The notes beneath the pieces are model-generated. The model was not told the DNA's origin, ran no database searches, and worked only from the letters and a program-made list of their open reading frames with translations. A program made the position numbers and the translations under genes. From Deferribacterales bacterium (lineage in GTDB: Bacteria; Chrysiogenota; Deferribacteres; Deferribacterales; Geovibrionaceae), in NCBI GenBank assembly GCA_050251875.1, contig JBFWMA010000004.1:192001-256000 (forward strand): 64,000 nt of DNA, given 5' to 3'. Of the stretch, positions 41,199-50,128 are shown piece after piece (position 1 is the stretch's first letter; every line of letters begins with the position of its first letter).

Positions 41199-42398
41199 TC
41201 AGCTTCTGTAGTCGGCGTTTATAGCTATGTACTCTCTGCTTAAGTCACAGGTGTAAACCATCGCCTCTCCTTTACCCATGTTCAGATCGAGTGTGATGGA
41301 AATCTCCGCCTGTTTCATTATCTCGGCGGCTTTTGACTCCATCTTTTCGTCTATTATGAGCCCGTTTTTCACATAGAGCAGATCTTCGAAATAAAGGTCT
41401 GTCTGCGACTCGTCCGCCTTCACCTGGCTGGCGCCCACACAGGCGAGCAGTCTGCCCCAGTTGGGGTCTTCGCCGTGGAACATGGTTTTCACCAGAGGCG
41501 AATTGGCTATCAGGAAAGCACATTTTTTAGCGTCTTCGTCACTGTCAGCGCCTTTCACGTTTACAGTGATGAATTTGGTGGCGCCTTCGCCGTCTTTCAC
41601 TATAGCTTTTGCCAGTTCCAGCGCAACAAGGTTGACCGCCTCCTGAAGCTCGTTCTGGTTGGGGATTATTCCGCTCATGCCGTTAGCCATCAGAAAAACG
41701 GTGTCGTTTGTGCTCATGTCGTTGTCCACTGTGATGCTGTTGAAAGAACTGTTCACGGCTGTTTCCAGCACAGTCTGAAGATTCTTGTCGCTCACAACAG
41801 CGTCTGTGGTGATGTAGCAGAGCATGGTAGCCATGTTGGGGGCGATCATTCCGGCGCCTTTCGCCGCTCCAGCCACCACATAGGCTCCGTTCTTGGTCTC
41901 CACCAGCACACCGCACTGTTTTGGGAATGTATCAGTGGTGAGAATGGCTTCGGCGAACAGGTCGGAGTTGCCGTCATCCAGCTCGTCCACCAGAGTTTCT
42001 ATATGTTTTTTCATCCTTTCCACCGGGAGCTGAACCCCGATGGTTCCTGTGGATGACATCAGCACTTTGTTATGGTCTATGTCCAGAGCGTCCGCCACGG
42101 CGGATGTCAGCTCCACGCATGCGTCTATGCCCTGCTGACCTGTGCAGGCGTTGGCGTTTCCGCTGTTCACCAGCACCGCCTGATATTCCTTATTGATCTT
42201 CAGCGCCTCTATGGCGTGTCTGACGGGGGCTGCCTTGAAGGTGTTCTTGGTGAACACTCCCGCCATTTTGAAGGGTGTTTCGGAATAGATGAGGCACATG
42301 TCGTTTTTCTCTTTGCCTTTGCCTTTCACATCGGCGTTAAGAGCTGAGGCGAGAAATCCTAAAGGGGCGCATACCCCTGCTTTATTTATCTTCTGCAT
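41199..42398 (-). CDS. argJ: Bifunctional ornithine acetyltransferase / N-acetylglutamate synthase
   Basis: NSGNANACTG, AKGAGMIAPNMATML, STNDT, DGEGATK and INADYRS; GGAG SD before ATG 42398. Confidence 0.95.
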   Translation of the reverse strand: MQKINKAGVCAPLGFLASALNADVKGKGKEKNDMCLIYSETPFKMAGVFTKNTFKAAPVRHAIEALKINKEYQAVLVNSGNANACTGQQGIDACVELTSAVADALDIDHNKVLMSSTGTIGVQLPVERMKKHIETLVDELDDGNSDLFAEAILTTDTFPKQCGVLVETKNGAYVVAGAAKGAGMIAPNMATMLCYITTDAVVSDKNLQTVLETAVNSSFNSITVDNDMSTNDTVFLMANGMSGIIPNQNELQEAVNLVALELAKAIVKDGEGATKFITVNVKGADSDEDAKKCAFLIANSPLVKTMFHGEDPNWGRLLACVGASQVKADESQTDLYFEDLLYVKNGLIIDEKMESKAAEIMKQAEISITLDLNMGKGEAMVYTCDLSREYIAINADYRS

Positions 42399-42443
42399 TT
42401 TAAAATCTCCGTTTGCGGCACGGTGTAAGACCGAGCCCAGAAT

Positions 42444-42467
42444 GTAGGGCGGCATTTCATATGCCGC
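42444..42467 (+). repeat. GTAG-tagged REP-like palindrome
   Basis: GTAG-G-GCGGCAT-TTCAT-ATGCCGC; a degenerate partner hairpin lies just upstream. Single occurrence in the window. Confidence 0.4.
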
Positions 42468-42470
42468 TTC

Positions 42471-42506
42471 TTATATTATACCAGCTGTTTCGTCCAGTCC
42501 GCACAA
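42471..42506 (-). pseudogene. Displaced duplicate of the argC 3' end (LCGLDETAGII*)
   Basis: Encodes the same last 10 residues and stop as argC (42644-42676) with 7 synonymous differences. Confidence 0.85.
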
Positions 42507-42516
42507 ATTGGTTTTA

Positions 42517-42645
42517 CATCAATTCCCCGTCCTGAGGGAATTGATGATACCGCTTTATTCAGGCAAAGCCTTCATTTCGCTTACTCTCCAATCGCTTAAC
42601 AGGCTAAGCCTGTTTCACTAATTCCGAGAGATTCATCCTGAATCT
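42517..42645 (-). repeat. ~130 bp structured repeat element, copy A
   Basis: Colinear with the 58464-58594 unit: GGA-loop hairpin, TCTCGGA, GCTTAGC hairpin, AGAGTRAGCG, GGCTTTGCC, AGCGGTRTCA and an 11-bp stem with TCAGGACG loop. Confidence 0.8.
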
Positions 42646-43648
42646 AAATAATACCTGCTGTTTCATCTAATCCGCACATCAGGTTCAGGTTTTGCACGGC
42701 GACACCGCTGGATCCCTTTATCAGGTTGTCGATGGCGGAGACTATTATCAGTTTTCCGTCTTTTTCGAATACGGATATATCGATAAAGTTAGTGTCCACC
42801 ACATCCTTCAGCGAAGGGATATGACCGTTGTCGTAAATTCTTACGAACCGACGGTCTTTATAAAAATCTTTCATACAGGCGGCGATCTCGCCCGCTGTTC
42901 TGTCGGTTCGGGCGTAGAGTGTTGTCTCTATGCCTTTGTTCACCGGCAGAAGGTGCGCAGTGAAGAGCACGTCAGCCTTTTTGCCTGTCCTTTCCAGAAT
43001 ATGGTTCATCTCGGGGTTGTGTCTGTGACCGAAGATGTTATAGGGTCTGAAATCTTCGTTCACCTCGCAGAACGACAGAGAAAGATCGGCTTTTCTGCCC
43101 GCTCCGGACACGCCGGATTTTGAATCCGCGATTATGTATGTTTCGTCTATCAGCCCAGCCTTGATTACGGGGAAGAGGGGCATGATCACCGTTGTGGGAT
43201 AGCACCCGGGGTTGGCTGTCATGGTGGCGTTCTTCACCTCTTCGGTGAATATTTCGGGCATGCCGTATGCCGCCTGAGCCAGAAGATCGGGGAAGACGTG
43301 TTCTGTTTTATACACTTTTTCATACAGAGCCTTGTCCTTGATCCTGAAATCCGCTGAGAGATCCACCACTTTCAGCCCTTTTGAGTGAAAGAAGTGCGCC
43401 GCCTGCTGTGCCGCCGCATGGGGCAGACAGAGGAAAACAGCGTCAGACTGTTTTGCCACGGCTTCATAGTCCCTGCCCATTATCACTGTGTCGCAGAGAT
43501 TTCTGAACACGGGGTAAACCTCGCTGAAAGCCTTTCCCTCGTAGGTTTCGCTGACAAGACACCCAATCTCGAATCGGGGGTGTCTGACCAGAATTTTGAT
43601 CAGTTCATAGCCTGTGTAGCCTGTTGCTCCGATTACAGAAACTTTCAT
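42644..43648 (-). CDS. argC: N-acetyl-gamma-glutamyl-phosphate reductase
   Basis: GATGYTG.EL, LCLPH, DLSADFR, NPGCYPT, SGVSGAGR and IDNLIKG. Confidence 0.95.
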   Translation of the reverse strand: MKVSVIGATGYTGYELIKILVRHPRFEIGCLVSETYEGKAFSEVYPVFRNLCDTVIMGRDYEAVAKQSDAVFLCLPHAAAQQAAHFFHSKGLKVVDLSADFRIKDKALYEKVYKTEHVFPDLLAQAAYGMPEIFTEEVKNATMTANPGCYPTTVIMPLFPVIKAGLIDETYIIADSKSGVSGAGRKADLSLSFCEVNEDFRPYNIFGHRHNPEMNHILERTGKKADVLFTAHLLPVNKGIETTLYARTDRTAGEIAACMKDFYKDRRFVRIYDNGHIPSLKDVVDTNFIDISVFEKDGKLIIVSAIDNLIKGSSGVAVQNLNLMCGLDETAGII

Positions 43649-43748
43649 AGCACCCTCCGTTTATAAAATTGGTGGATAAACATAGAACAAATAGCATGGA
43701 AAATCAAAGAAAATATATGTCAGATTGTAGAAAATATGAAAAAAGAAG

Positions 43749-43829
43749 CCTCCCTTTGACAAAGGGAGGTTTGGAGGGATTTTTTAATATAGAGAAGAAA
43801 TCCACCCTGACCCTCCTAAAGAGGGAGGA
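43749..43829. repeat. CCCTTT-NNN-AAAGGG composite palindromic repeat, copy 1
   Basis: CCTCCCTTTG-A-CAAAGGGAGG, then GGGATTT...AAATCC, then a degenerate second hairpin; same layout as 49440-49517. Confidence 0.7.
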
Positions 43830-43842
43830 ATTACCGAAACAG

Positions 43843-43870
43843 AAAAGCCGGAGTTTATCTCCGGCTTTTT
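43843..43870. terminator. Intrinsic terminator, likely for the hydrogenase-MCP operon
   Basis: AAAAGCCGGAG/CTCCGGCTTTT stem. Confidence 0.75.
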
Positions 43871-43875
43871 GTAGT

Positions 43876-43948
43876 AGTGTGAGTGAAGCACTGGCTTCCG
43901 CCTGTGCGCAGCGTCATCAGAAATTCTCCATGGACGGAAGAATTTCTG
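43876..43948 (+). repeat. 3' half of the structured repeat family, divergent copy B
   Basis: GTGAGTGAAGCAC-TGGCTTCCGCC-TGTGC-GCAGCG-TCAT, then stem CAGAAATTCT/AGAATTTCTG around a CATGGACG loop. Confidence 0.55.
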
Positions 43949-43953
43949 CAAAA

Positions 43954-45540
43954 TTAACTGGTCTTAAACTTATCGGCGATGTGCTTCATGTTGGAGCTTT
44001 TGTCTCTCAGGTTTTTAGATGTCTCTGAGATGCGTCCGGAAACCTCGCCTGTGTGTCCCATGTTTGAGTTCACCGTCTCTATACTGCCCAGTGTCAGTTC
44101 CAGAGCGGAGATACTCTCTGTCAGCATGTGGCTCAGGTTGGTTATGCTTCCTGTGATATCTTCCATGGTTCTGTCCACCTCTCTGGTGAACTGGGTTATG
44201 TCGGATATACCCTGATTCATGCTCTCTGCGTGCTCTTTGTTATTGCTGATTTCCGAAACAATGCCGGAGATGATGCGTGTGTTGTCGGTTACGATGGACT
44301 TGATGTCGTTTGTGGCGCTGGTGGTTCTCTCCGCCAGCTTTCTGATCTCGTCCGCCACCACAGCAAAACCTCTTCCCGCTTCGCCCGCTCTGGCAGCCTC
44401 GATGGCGGCGTTAAGCGCCAGAAGGTTGGTCTGGTCGGCTATTTCGGTAATCAGGTTGGTGATGTTGTTGATATCGTTTGACCTCTGCTCCAGATCGGTT
44501 ACTGTTTTGCTGAGGTTGTCCACAGACCCTGTCATCTCGTTTATCATTCCGGTGATCGCCATAACGTTGCTGAGCGACTGGGAGATAGTTTTCTTTTTGC
44601 TGTTCACGCTCTCTGTGAGATTTGTCAGGTTAGTGATGTTCTCGTTCAGTGTGCATGAAACCTGCTCGGATGATGATGAGATAGTCATGATGTTGGATAC
44701 GTTCTCCTGAACAGACTCGTTGATTGTGTTCAGGTCGGACTGTATCTGTCCTATCTCGCCGTCAACATCCGCTATATGCTCTTTCAGATCGGCTATCATT
44801 CCTCTGAGGTGGGCTATGAAGTTGTTGATTTTGGTGCGGAGTATGCCTATTTCGTCAGGTCCTCTCACGGAGAGCTGGATGGTAAGGTCTCCCTCGCCTG
44901 TGCAGAGGTTGTCCAGAACCTCGTTGGCTCTCTCCAGTCTGCTGAAAACCAGCTTCTGAATCACGATAACCACCAGAACCATAACGGCGAGTCCGGCGAG
45001 AATCAGCAGTATGTTGTTGATTGCGGAGGCTCTCGTGATGGCGGTTTTGGCGGATGAATCCAGTGACGCTTTATAGAAAGAGTTAACGCCGCCCTCTGCC
45101 CAGTCTCTGTGACAGCGCAGACAGTATTGCGCCGTAACCACCGGATAGTAGAAGGTGGTAATGCCGTTGCGCTCTATCACGGTCTCTTTGTCCTGAGCCA
45201 CGCCGGACAGATCCACCGTGGTGTCCACATTGGCGGGGTCGGAGGAGTATTTAACATTGCCTTCGGGAGTGATGAGAGAGAATTCCTTCACCAGATCATA
45301 TTCGCCTATCTCTGCCAGAACTTCGCTGAAGAGCGTCATGTTGCCTTTTTTCAGCGAGTCATATGTGGACATGAAGATCATCTCTTTCAGATAGTCCATA
45401 TAGTGGTTCAGAGTGTTTTTTGTGAGGCTGTTTTTTCTGTAGTCCAGAACCATCAGCAGAATACCGAAGACCATAAGCGGGACAATAATATATACAGCCG
45501 CTTTGAGTTTTATGGAGTGTTTAAGGTTATCTAGTTTCAC
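43954..45540 (-). CDS. Methyl-accepting chemotaxis protein with periplasmic CxxCH heme-c motif
   Basis: Two TM helices flank a periplasmic domain with CLRCH (45109-45123); HAMP (GDLT...DEIG) and [35 protein letters not shown] 45540 with GGAG SD preferred. Confidence 0.92.
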   Translation of the reverse strand: MKLDNLKHSIKLKAAVYIIVPLMVFGILLMVLDYRKNSLTKNTLNHYMDYLKEMIFMSTYDSLKKGNMTLFSEVLAEIGEYDLVKEFSLITPEGNVKYSSDPANVDTTVDLSGVAQDKETVIERNGITTFYYPVVTAQYCLRCHRDWAEGGVNSFYKASLDSSAKTAITRASAINNILLILAGLAVMVLVVIVIQKLVFSRLERANEVLDNLCTGEGDLTIQLSVRGPDEIGILRTKINNFIAHLRGMIADLKEHIADVDGEIGQIQSDLNTINESVQENVSNIMTISSSSEQVSCTLNENITNLTNLTESVNSKKKTISQSLSNVMAITGMINEMTGSVDNLSKTVTDLEQRSNDINNITNLITEIADQTNLLALNAAIEAARAGEAGRGFAVVADEIRKLAERTTSATNDIKSIVTDNTRIISGIVSEISNNKEHAESMNQGISDITQFTREVDRTMEDITGSITNLSHMLTESISALELTLGSIETVNSNMGHTGEVSGRISETSKNLRDKSSNMKHIADKFKTS

Positions 45541-45542
45541 GG

Positions 45543-46493
45543 CTATTTCTCCATCTGTTTTTTCATTTCGGACCATGTCATATCTTTAAATGATTCCTCT
45601 TCCAGATACAGAGCGGTTTTGAAAGGAAAATCCTTATGTATGCATCCGATACAGGGGGTGTTGCTCTCTATGCACACGTTAACCTTGCCGTTCCAGCGTC
45701 TGGTGGGGCAGTCGGAATAGGTGACGGGACCACGGCAGCCGTTTTTAAGGAGACAGTTGAGCTTCTCCTTTTCAAAATTCTTTGTGTAGTGTCCCTGGTT
45801 GAACGCCTGATATCTTCCGCACTGGTTGTGAATCAGGTCGGGATAATATTTTTTCGGAACTCCGCCGGACAGCTCGGGTATCTTGCCTGTGGCGACTATG
45901 TATGCCACTGTGCCCAGAAGCCTGTCGGGGTTGATGGGACAGCCGGGGATTTTTATCAGGGGTTTGTTCACTCCCTGACGCTTCATGTAGGTGTCTATGG
46001 GGATGGCGCCTGTTACGTTCTGGTTGGAGGCGGGGATGCCCCCGTAGCAGGCGCATGTGCCGGACGCCACGATGGCGGCGGCTTTTTTCATCAGTTTATG
46101 CAGATAGTCGTACATGGGCTCATCGTTGAATATGCACGCCTCTTTCATCCCGGCGGGTACTGATCCTTCACACACGAGATAGAAAGGACCGGAGTTGGAT
46201 ACTTCCTCGATGGATTTCATGTAGTCATGACCCTGAGAGAACGACAGGTTAGGATGCACCTGAAGCCTGACGATGTTGCTGATGAAATCTATAAAATCCT
46301 CTTCGTTTCCGTATGTGGCGGATATACTGCATCCTGTACAGCACTGAGACTGTATGAAGATGAGCTGGGGACGCTGTGACTCAGACAGACGTGTGAACCC
46401 TTCCGCTATCTCGTTGGTGAACACGCATGAGCCGAACACCAGTGTGGATACTTTGGCGCAGTTTTCCAGAAACTGCCTTCTGTTCATTTTCAT
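45543..46493 (-). CDS. [NiFe]-hydrogenase small subunit with Tat signal
   Basis: NRRQFL; CTGC, EGSVP, GTCA..GG, PGCP, HxxC, CL...GC.GP and C-x6-CIGC; no C-terminal TM anchor. Confidence 0.93.
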   Translation of the reverse strand: MKMNRRQFLENCAKVSTLVFGSCVFTNEIAEGFTRLSESQRPQLIFIQSQCCTGCSISATYGNEEDFIDFISNIVRLQVHPNLSFSQGHDYMKSIEEVSNSGPFYLVCEGSVPAGMKEACIFNDEPMYDYLHKLMKKAAAIVASGTCACYGGIPASNQNVTGAIPIDTYMKRQGVNKPLIKIPGCPINPDRLLGTVAYIVATGKIPELSGGVPKKYYPDLIHNQCGRYQAFNQGHYTKNFEKEKLNCLLKNGCRGPVTYSDCPTRRWNGKVNVCIESNTPCIGCIHKDFPFKTALYLEEESFKDMTWSEMKKQMEK

Positions 46494-46505
46494 GATAGTT
46501 CTCCC

Positions 46506-47939
46506 TTAATGTACGGAGCAGGCTGTGCAGGGGTCATAGCTTCTGATGATCCTGCCCACCTCTATAGAGTTGTCGGAGCTGTAAGCCACGGGAGCGCCTA
46601 TGATGGATTTTTCCACCACGCCTTTCTTTCCGTTGCCTTCCGGACCGAAGTTCCATGTGCTTGGTACTATCATGTTATATCTGGTGATCTTGCCGTTCTG
46701 CGCCTCAATCTGGTGGATGAGAGCGCCTCTGGCGGCGATTGAGAATCCTGTTCCTCTGCCGGATACTTTTTTGGAGAAATCCACCTGATGGATGGTGGGT
46801 TCGCCGAATCTGTATGAGTCCAGCAGGTTATACATGTGATCCAGAAGCATACGGCATTCCGCCGCTCTGGCGACATGTCTTGCCATGGTGGATGACTGTA
46901 TGGGGGCTTTCATATCTCCCATCAGTTTTTTGAAGTAGGCGTTGTCGTCCACAATCATTCTGGCGAGAGGTCCGACCTCTACCGCCTCTCCCTTATATCT
47001 GGGTGATTTTGTCCAGCTGTAGGCGCCCTGTTTTTCAGGATCAGGATTGCCCTGAGCGTTGTAGAAAGACTTGTCGTAATATTCTTTTACGTTTTCGAAA
47101 GAAAATTTTTCCTTGTTTCCGTTCAGAAGGATTCCGCCTTTGAACAGAGGATTGCCCAGAGATTTGAAGGTCTGGTTGGCGTAGAAGTTGTTGTAGCTTA
47201 CTCCTATCCTGAAGTATTCGGGAAAATGCTTGGCGACTGTCATCACATCGGGGATATAGCAGTTGACGGTAAAATTTTTCACCGCTTCGAGCACCTTGTG
47301 ATAATACATAAGTTTGTCCGGCGTGATGTCTGTTGTGACGCCGCCGGGCAGGATCGCGTGGGCGAAGGGCGCTTTAGCGCCGATGAGAGCCATTCCGGAT
47401 GCCCCCATGCTTCTGATCTTCAGCGCCTGAAAATAATTGGCGACTATCCCCAGCGCTGTGGAAGTGTTGGTGATGTAGTTGCCCTGGTTGCGCTTCAGAA
47501 CGAACTGGGGCTTGGTTTTGGCGACCCAGTTTTTCAGAGAAAGTATGTTGGTGTCATTCCCGCTGTAATTAAGAATCTGAGTAAAATCAACAAAATCCGG
47601 TACTGAAAGTGTGTAGAAATGGAGAAAGTGGTCTGTAATGAGGTGCAGACCGAGGATCATGTCCCGGAGTATGTTTCCGTTCTTTGGAGATGGATTTTTA
47701 TAAAGCTCCTCCAGAGCAAGAACAGAAGCAACGCCGTGAACTTCATGGCAGACGCCGCAGACCCTCTGGGCTATCCTTGCCGCGTCAACCGGATGTCTGT
47801 TTTCCAGGAATTTCTCGAATCCCCTATACATTTGGCCGCTAATAAATACATCGGTCACCTTGCCGTTTTCAACTTCCGTATCAACTTTAAGATGCCCCTC
47901 TATCCTCGTCAGCGGCTCAATGGCTATGTTCTTTGACAT
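46506..47939 (-). CDS. [NiFe]-hydrogenase large subunit lacking the C-terminal extension
   Basis: TRIEGH, L1 RVCGVC, RGAL.H, VPSTWN, and L2 DPCTACSVH followed directly by TAA; GGAGG SD before ATG 47939. Confidence 0.95.
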   Translation of the reverse strand: MSKNIAIEPLTRIEGHLKVDTEVENGKVTDVFISGQMYRGFEKFLENRHPVDAARIAQRVCGVCHEVHGVASVLALEELYKNPSPKNGNILRDMILGLHLITDHFLHFYTLSVPDFVDFTQILNYSGNDTNILSLKNWVAKTKPQFVLKRNQGNYITNTSTALGIVANYFQALKIRSMGASGMALIGAKAPFAHAILPGGVTTDITPDKLMYYHKVLEAVKNFTVNCYIPDVMTVAKHFPEYFRIGVSYNNFYANQTFKSLGNPLFKGGILLNGNKEKFSFENVKEYYDKSFYNAQGNPDPEKQGAYSWTKSPRYKGEAVEVGPLARMIVDDNAYFKKLMGDMKAPIQSSTMARHVARAAECRMLLDHMYNLLDSYRFGEPTIHQVDFSKKVSGRGTGFSIAARGALIHQIEAQNGKITRYNMIVPSTWNFGPEGNGKKGVVEKSIIGAPVAYSSDNSIEVGRIIRSYDPCTACSVH

Positions 47940-48167
47940 ATGCGTGAGCCTCCAAATAATAAAGATGTCACCACTCGTTAAAGATGATATTAGCACAAGC
48001 TCGAATTGATTGCTTACGAAATATTATAAAAATCAAACAAAAATTTTTATATGTTATGAATCCCGGTTATTTCTATTAATTAAAATTGTGAAGGTTCTCA
48101 GTTAACTGTTGAGTAGGCGAGTGAAGTTTAGTATTATCAGTCAAATTATGTATGTTCGGAGCGAAAG

Positions 48168-49433
48168 ATGAATATTTTTGAGGAATCAAAACAATATATT
48201 CCCGGCGGAGTCAACAGCCCCGTGAGAGCCTTCGGTTCTGTGGGCGGCGACCCTGTGGTGGTTAAGAGCGCAAAAGGATCGAAAATATATTCCGAAGACG
48301 GAAAAGAATACATAGACTATGTCTGCTCATGGGGACCCATGATTACGGGTCACGCCGATGCTGACATTATAGACGCCGTGAAAAAAGCGGCGGACATGGG
48401 AACCAGCTTCGGAGCGCCCACAAAGGCCGAGCTGGACATAGCGAAGATGATCTGCGGCATGGTTCCTTCCGTGGATATGGTTCGTCTGGTTTCCAGCGGC
48501 ACAGAGGCGCTGATGAGCGCCATCCGTCTGGCGAGAGCCTATACCAAAAGGGACAAGATAATCAAATTTGAAGGGTGCTACCACGGACACTCCGACAGTC
48601 TTCTGGTTAAGGCGGGTTCAGGGCTTCTTACATTCAACCAGCCCTCCAGCCCCGGCGTGCCTGAGGATTTTGCCAAGCACACTCTGATAGCTCAATATAA
48701 TGACATAGATTCCGTAAAAGCTCTGGCAAAGGAGAACAAGGGACAGATAGCCTGTCTTCTGGTTGAGCCTGTCGCCGGAAACATGGGACTTGTTCTGCCT
48801 AAGGACGGATTTCTCGCTGACCTCAGAAAGGTATGTGACGAAGAGGGCATAGTGCTTCTTTTCGATGAGGTTATCACGGGTTTCCGCATGGCGAAGGGCG
48901 GGGCTCAGGAGTTTTACGGAGTTACCCCCGACATCACCACTATGGGCAAGATAATCGGCGGAGGTCTCCCCGTGGGCGCTTTCGGCGGAAAGAGAGAGAT
49001 CATGAGCATGATGTCTCCCATCGGACCCGTATATCAGGCGGGCACTCTCTCCGGAAACCCTCTGGCAACAGCGGCAGGAATCAGGATGCTGACAAAACTG
49101 TCTCAGCCAGGGTTTTATAAAGAGCTGAAAGCTAAGGCGGATGTGCTCTTTGACGGTTTTCAGGACAACTGTAAAAAGCTGGGGCTTAACTATGCCTTCA
49201 ACCGTGTGGAATCGCTCTCATGCATGTTTTTTACAGACGGCAGGGTAGACAGCTTTTCAGACGCCATGAAATCAGACACCAAAAAATACGCTAAATTTTT
49301 CCACGGCATGCTGGACAGAGGGATCAACGTTGCACCCAGCCAGTTCGAGGCGCTTTTCGTTTCGTCAGCGCACACAGCGGAAGATATCGAAAAAACCATC
49401 AAGGCTCATTACGAAAGCCTTAAAGCTATATAG
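48168..49433 (+). CDS. hemL: Glutamate-1-semialdehyde 2,1-aminomutase
   Basis: PGGVNSPVRAF, SSGTEA, FEGCYHGH, GKIIGGGLPVGA and YQAGTLSGNP. Confidence 0.97.
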   Translation: MNIFEESKQYIPGGVNSPVRAFGSVGGDPVVVKSAKGSKIYSEDGKEYIDYVCSWGPMITGHADADIIDAVKKAADMGTSFGAPTKAELDIAKMICGMVPSVDMVRLVSSGTEALMSAIRLARAYTKRDKIIKFEGCYHGHSDSLLVKAGSGLLTFNQPSSPGVPEDFAKHTLIAQYNDIDSVKALAKENKGQIACLLVEPVAGNMGLVLPKDGFLADLRKVCDEEGIVLLFDEVITGFRMAKGGAQEFYGVTPDITTMGKIIGGGLPVGAFGGKREIMSMMSPIGPVYQAGTLSGNPLATAAGIRMLTKLSQPGFYKELKAKADVLFDGFQDNCKKLGLNYAFNRVESLSCMFFTDGRVDSFSDAMKSDTKKYAKFFHGMLDRGINVAPSQFEALFVSSAHTAEDIEKTIKAHYESLKAI

Positions 49434-49439
49434 GTTTTA

Positions 49440-49517
49440 CCTCCCTTTTTCAAAGGGAGGCAGGCGGGATTTCTTGTTTTAAGAAATCTCCCCCAGCCCC
49501 TCTTTATAAAAGAGGGG
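49440..49517. repeat. CCCTTT-NNN-AAAGGG composite palindromic repeat, copy 2
   Basis: CCTCCCTTT-TTC-AAAGGGAGG, GATTTCTT/AAGAAATC and CCCCTCTTT-ATA-AAAGAGGGG. Confidence 0.75.
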
Positions 49518-49533
49518 AGCAAGAGAGGATTAA

Positions 49534-49776
49534 ATGCCCAAAAAGAGAGATGTAGACAAGTATATAAAAAATATGGCGAACGCAAGTTCAGTCGGGACAT
49601 CGCTGGCGTTCAGCGTTATCATCGGCGGGGCGATGGGCTGGTGGCTGGATAAAACATTCGGCACAAAGCCGTGGCTGTTCCTTCTCTTCCTTATCTGCGG
49701 CATAATAGCCGGTTTTAAAAACATGATATATTTCATCAAAAAAACGGATCTTCTCGACGATGAAGATAGAAAATAA
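49534..49776 (+). CDS. AtpZ/AtpI-type ATP synthase gene 1 protein
   Basis: G.WLDK.FGT.PW...GIIAGF motif; first gene of the F0 cluster. Confidence 0.85.
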   Translation: MPKKRDVDKYIKNMANASSVGTSLAFSVIIGGAMGWWLDKTFGTKPWLFLLFLICGIIAGFKNMIYFIKKTDLLDDEDRK

Positions 49777-50128
49777 AATATTAATTCTATCGTTGATTTT
49801 TTCCGCAATATTGTATACAGTATTCAGGCTTCTGTTTAAACCCGCGTTTGGTTATGGCTTTGGCGCCGGTTTTTTAGCAGGGGTGATAAACTTCCGGCTG
49901 CTCGCCGGTAGTGTCAGGGCGCTGTCAGAGTCGGGTTCCGGCGGGGGCAGGGTTCTGTTTTTTCAGCTTCGGCTGGCTGCCACGGCTTTTCTTCTGTGGT
50001 ATGTGATAGCCGAGCTTAAAGTGAACATAATAGGCATACTGGTGGGTCTCTCTGTTTTGCCCGTGTGTGTGCTGCTTGTTGCGATATATAACAATATAAA
50101 GGGGAAGAAGAATGGAACACCCGCTTAA
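49760..50128 (+). CDS. atpI: ATP synthase protein I-like membrane protein
   Basis: Four hydrophobic segments, NF.LL motif, position directly before subunit a. Confidence 0.7.
   Translation: MKIENKILILSLIFSAILYTVFRLLFKPAFGYGFGAGFLAGVINFRLLAGSVRALSESGSGGGRVLFFQLRLAATAFLLWYVIAELKVNIIGILVGLSVLPVCVLLVAIYNNIKGKKNGTPA

Noticed and set aside
43871..43885. Group IIC intron remnant (GTGTG just after a terminator)
   Set aside because: No domain V or RT sequence is visible, and a 5-mer match is expected by chance.
43669..44028. 119 aa plus-strand ORF, and likewise 58461-58673 and 49409-49600
   Set aside because: They translate palindromic repeats and terminators and have no protein-like features.
45543..46493. 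O2-tolerant [4Fe-3S] proximal cluster
   Set aside because: The extra Cys do not match the CxCC and GxCxxxGC positions of O2-tolerant enzymes.
46521..46535. Selenocysteine-containing [NiFeSe] hydrogenase
   Set aside because: Both L2 cysteines are TGC codons; there is no in-frame TGA.
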